Both the position numbers and the translations under genes were made by a program. From the IMG/VR virus record IMGVR_UViG_3300045988_078625: a stretch of DNA of 64,000 nt. One strand, given 5' to 3'. The DNA is from a virus. Below the pieces are notes generated by a model. It saw nothing but the letters and a program-made list of their open reading frames with translations. It was not told where the DNA came from and ran no database searches. Every line of letters starts with the position of its first letter. The first letter of the stretch is position 1. Positions 61,988 through 64,000 of the stretch are shown here, piece after piece.

Positions 61988-62160
61988 TGTTTAAGGACAA
62001 AGATGGTTTTCACTATAAACATCCTGAACGCAGTTGTACTAGGTGTAAGAATTATCCATGTCTCCAAAATATGGATAAGCTCCAAGGAGATTTTGCATCC
62101 TATGGTTGCAAGATGTTTGAGGATATTAATACATTCGATGTGTGGAAACCAAAGAAGTAA
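61951..62160 (+). CDS. Small zinc-binding protein
   Basis: Contains a CxxC motif. Confidence 0.35.
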   Translation: MCINIVMPITEIMFKDKDGFHYKHPERSCTRCKNYPCLQNMDKLQGDFASYGCKMFEDINTFDVWKPKK

Positions 62161-62465
62161 CTTACCATGTAAAATTTGTTGCTAAAAATGAGGACGGGAT
62201 GGGCTATGCTAGTTATGTTTTTGAAAGATTTGAATATGATAATCTGGATTATAAAGATATAATGTGTGTAAGGTTCCCAAACTGGAATCAGTGTTCTATG
62301 GAATTAGGAGATGTCGGATATGTTACTGTGAGGTATGTAGAAGAAGGCATCGATAAGTGGTACGATGGTAAAGATTTTGTTCCATATAAAGAAACGAATA
62401 TAATTTTCCTGAAGTTTATTCACGAAAAGCCGTTGATTGAAAATGGGCAAATATTATTAGATTAA
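62142..62465 (+). CDS. Hypothetical protein
   Basis: ORF in the track. Confidence 0.4.
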   Translation: METKEVTYHVKFVAKNEDGMGYASYVFERFEYDNLDYKDIMCVRFPNWNQCSMELGDVGYVTVRYVEEGIDKWYDGKDFVPYKETNIIFLKFIHEKPLIENGQILLD

Positions 62466-62509
62466 CATTAAAATAAGATGAATTATGGAATATTATTAAA
62501 GAATAATTT

Positions 62510-63373
62510 ATGACTGTATTAGGAGATAAGCTGAAAGAAGCTTTAAATGATAAAGCAAACGACATCAATAGTTACGTATGGAAAGGTCCTAAAGTAAACG
62601 GGGTCCAGGAAGAGGTAAAACTAGTAGACGCTGATTATGACCAATTGAGACGGTTTTATAACCATTGTGAACAAATGTTATACAATTCTGATACTAAGAA
62701 TCCGGGTCGTATAACATTGTTGGGCATAGTGTCTGACCAAATTCAGAGATGTCGTGCTGAGCTTCTTATTAGATGGCTTAGAGCTGAAAAACAATATACC
62801 AATACTCGCTGTTTGGAAGACTTGAAGGCTATTATCCAGAACAATAAAGAGGTGTTAACTAATGAAACCATTAAAACTTATCCCATTGGGGATATTATTA
62901 ATGGTATTCCAGTGGAATTTAGAGAAGTGTCAGTAAGTTTAGTTATGGATGCTTGTCTTGATTCTCTGGGACTATTCGACAATTCTCACTTAACGCTTAA
63001 CTTTATTGTTAAGATGGGTTTGTGGTTTACCCAGCAAGAGATGCAAAAAGATTTGTATCGTAAAGACCCAATAACAGGAAAAGCTGTCAACAGACTGGAA
63101 GTAGTAAGTAAGGAACTTCGTTTGAATCCTTCTATAGCTTTAAAAATCTGTGATACTGGATTAAGTTATGCTGAATTTAGATCTATGTGTAGACTGAAAA
63201 GAGATAAATACGCTAACTTAACTAGTGATCAACTAAGACTGTTATCTAACAAAGTCTTGTATCGCTTCCAGAATCAGTGCGAAAACCAGGCTAAACAGTG
63301 GAAGGACAAGATGGAGGAAATCAAAAAGGTTGCAGAACTTAAAGGATGGGACATCACTAGGAACATAGATTGA
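62510..63373 (+). CDS. Hypothetical protein
   Basis: ORF in the track. Confidence 0.5.
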   Translation: MTVLGDKLKEALNDKANDINSYVWKGPKVNGVQEEVKLVDADYDQLRRFYNHCEQMLYNSDTKNPGRITLLGIVSDQIQRCRAELLIRWLRAEKQYTNTRCLEDLKAIIQNNKEVLTNETIKTYPIGDIINGIPVEFREVSVSLVMDACLDSLGLFDNSHLTLNFIVKMGLWFTQQEMQKDLYRKDPITGKAVNRLEVVSKELRLNPSIALKICDTGLSYAEFRSMCRLKRDKYANLTSDQLRLLSNKVLYRFQNQCENQAKQWKDKMEEIKKVAELKGWDITRNID

Positions 63374-64000
63374 TGAAAGATCTCTTTACTCCTGTTACTC
63401 GTGATGAGCGGCAGGAGCAATGTAAGAGAGCCTGGTTATTACATAAGGGAAAAGGAACCATAGAAGCATGTACCGGTTTTGGAAAGACTCGATGTGCAAT
63501 CAATTGCCTAAAAGCTGTTCTATCCAAGTATCCTACTATTAGAGCACTAGTGGTAGTTCCCACTGAGCTTTTGAAAAACCAGTGGATAGATATATTAGAC
63601 AAGGAAGGGCTTGGTCTTAATACAGAAGTACAGGTTGTGAATACTACAGCTAAGAACGGATATGAGTGTGACTTTCTAATCATTGATGAGATTCACAGGA
63701 CCGCTGCTGAAACTTTACAGTTTGTATTCAGTAAGGTAAAGTACAAGCTAATTCTTGGATTAACTGCTACATTAGAAAGACTAGATGGTAGACATACTAT
63801 TGTCGAAAAATACTGTCCAGTTGTTGATAGTGTTAGTATTGAGGTAGCTAAAGCAAGCGGTTGGGTATCGGACTTTACAGAATATCAAGTAATTATTACT
63901 GCGGAAGACATAGAAAACTACCGAGAGCAAAATAGGGAATTTATAAAACATTTTGAATTCTTTAACTTTGATTTTGGACTCGCAATGAGTATGGTTGGTA
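63373..64000 (+). CDS. Superfamily 2 helicase; the start codon is in this window and the gene runs off the right edge
   Basis: The ATG overlaps the upstream TGA. Walker A is GFGKT, the DEAH-type box reads DEIH, and motif III reads GLTAT. Confidence 0.55.
   Translation, partial: MKDLFTPVTRDERQEQCKRAWLLHKGKGTIEACTGFGKTRCAINCLKAVLSKYPTIRALVVVPTELLKNQWIDILDKEGLGLNTEVQVVNTTAKNGYECDFLIIDEIHRTAAETLQFVFSKVKYKLILGLTATLERLDGRHTIVEKYCPVVDSVSIEVAKASGWVSDFTEYQVIITAEDIENYREQNREFIKHFEFFNFDFGLAMSMVG

Noticed and set aside
1-64000. A CRISPR array, an integrase or transposase, or attachment sites
   Set aside because: I found no regularly spaced direct repeats and no recombinase motifs. The only mobile-type elements are the two HNH genes.

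Overview
This window reads as a piece of a crAss-like Bacteroidota phage genome: about 31% GC, a large phage-type tRNA array, and a terminase-portal-tail module on the minus strand. All homology calls below come from reading motifs by eye, and every coordinate should be re-derived computationally.

The main result is a split genetic code. The minus-strand late block from position 1 to about 13,493 encodes the structural and packaging genes but is cut into dozens of short ORFs because TAG is used as a sense codon. Every ORF break I checked in that block is a TAG (cta on the plus strand), the real ends of the genes I traced are TAA or TGA, and reading through TAG gives long coherent, Gln-rich proteins. 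Two Gln-derived suppressor tRNAs with anticodon CUA sit near the strand-switch region, one on the minus strand at 17802-17873 and one on the plus strand at 20266-20336.

The remaining genes use the standard code and end in TAA or TGA. These are the minus-strand genes at 13704-17784 and essentially all plus-strand genes from 18.8 kb to 64 kb.

Between about 25.4 and 49.7 kb the plus strand carries roughly 24 canonical tRNAs and 4 aberrant tRNA-like sequences. The same stretch holds a tmRNA-like gene (ssrA-like, 42030-42543), two HNH homing-endonuclease genes (one frameshifted), and a 2H phosphoesterase.

Other plus-strand content:
- a ParB-like nuclease, a radical-SAM protein, an AAA+ ATPase, an RNase H and an SF2 helicase whose start is in the window;
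- a membrane module made of an NfeD-like protein, a flotillin with long EA-rich repeats, a second SPFH lipoprotein and an OmpA-like protein;
- a FlgJ-type glucosaminidase that is a lysin candidate;
- an NAD+ salvage or reconstitution cassette made of a NAMPT-like protein, a HAD phosphatase and a PRPP-synthetase-like protein, which is a likely anti-defence function;
- an ORF-poor, GC-elevated region of about 3.3 kb (19.5-22.8 kb) that may hold structured RNAs or an origin of replication.
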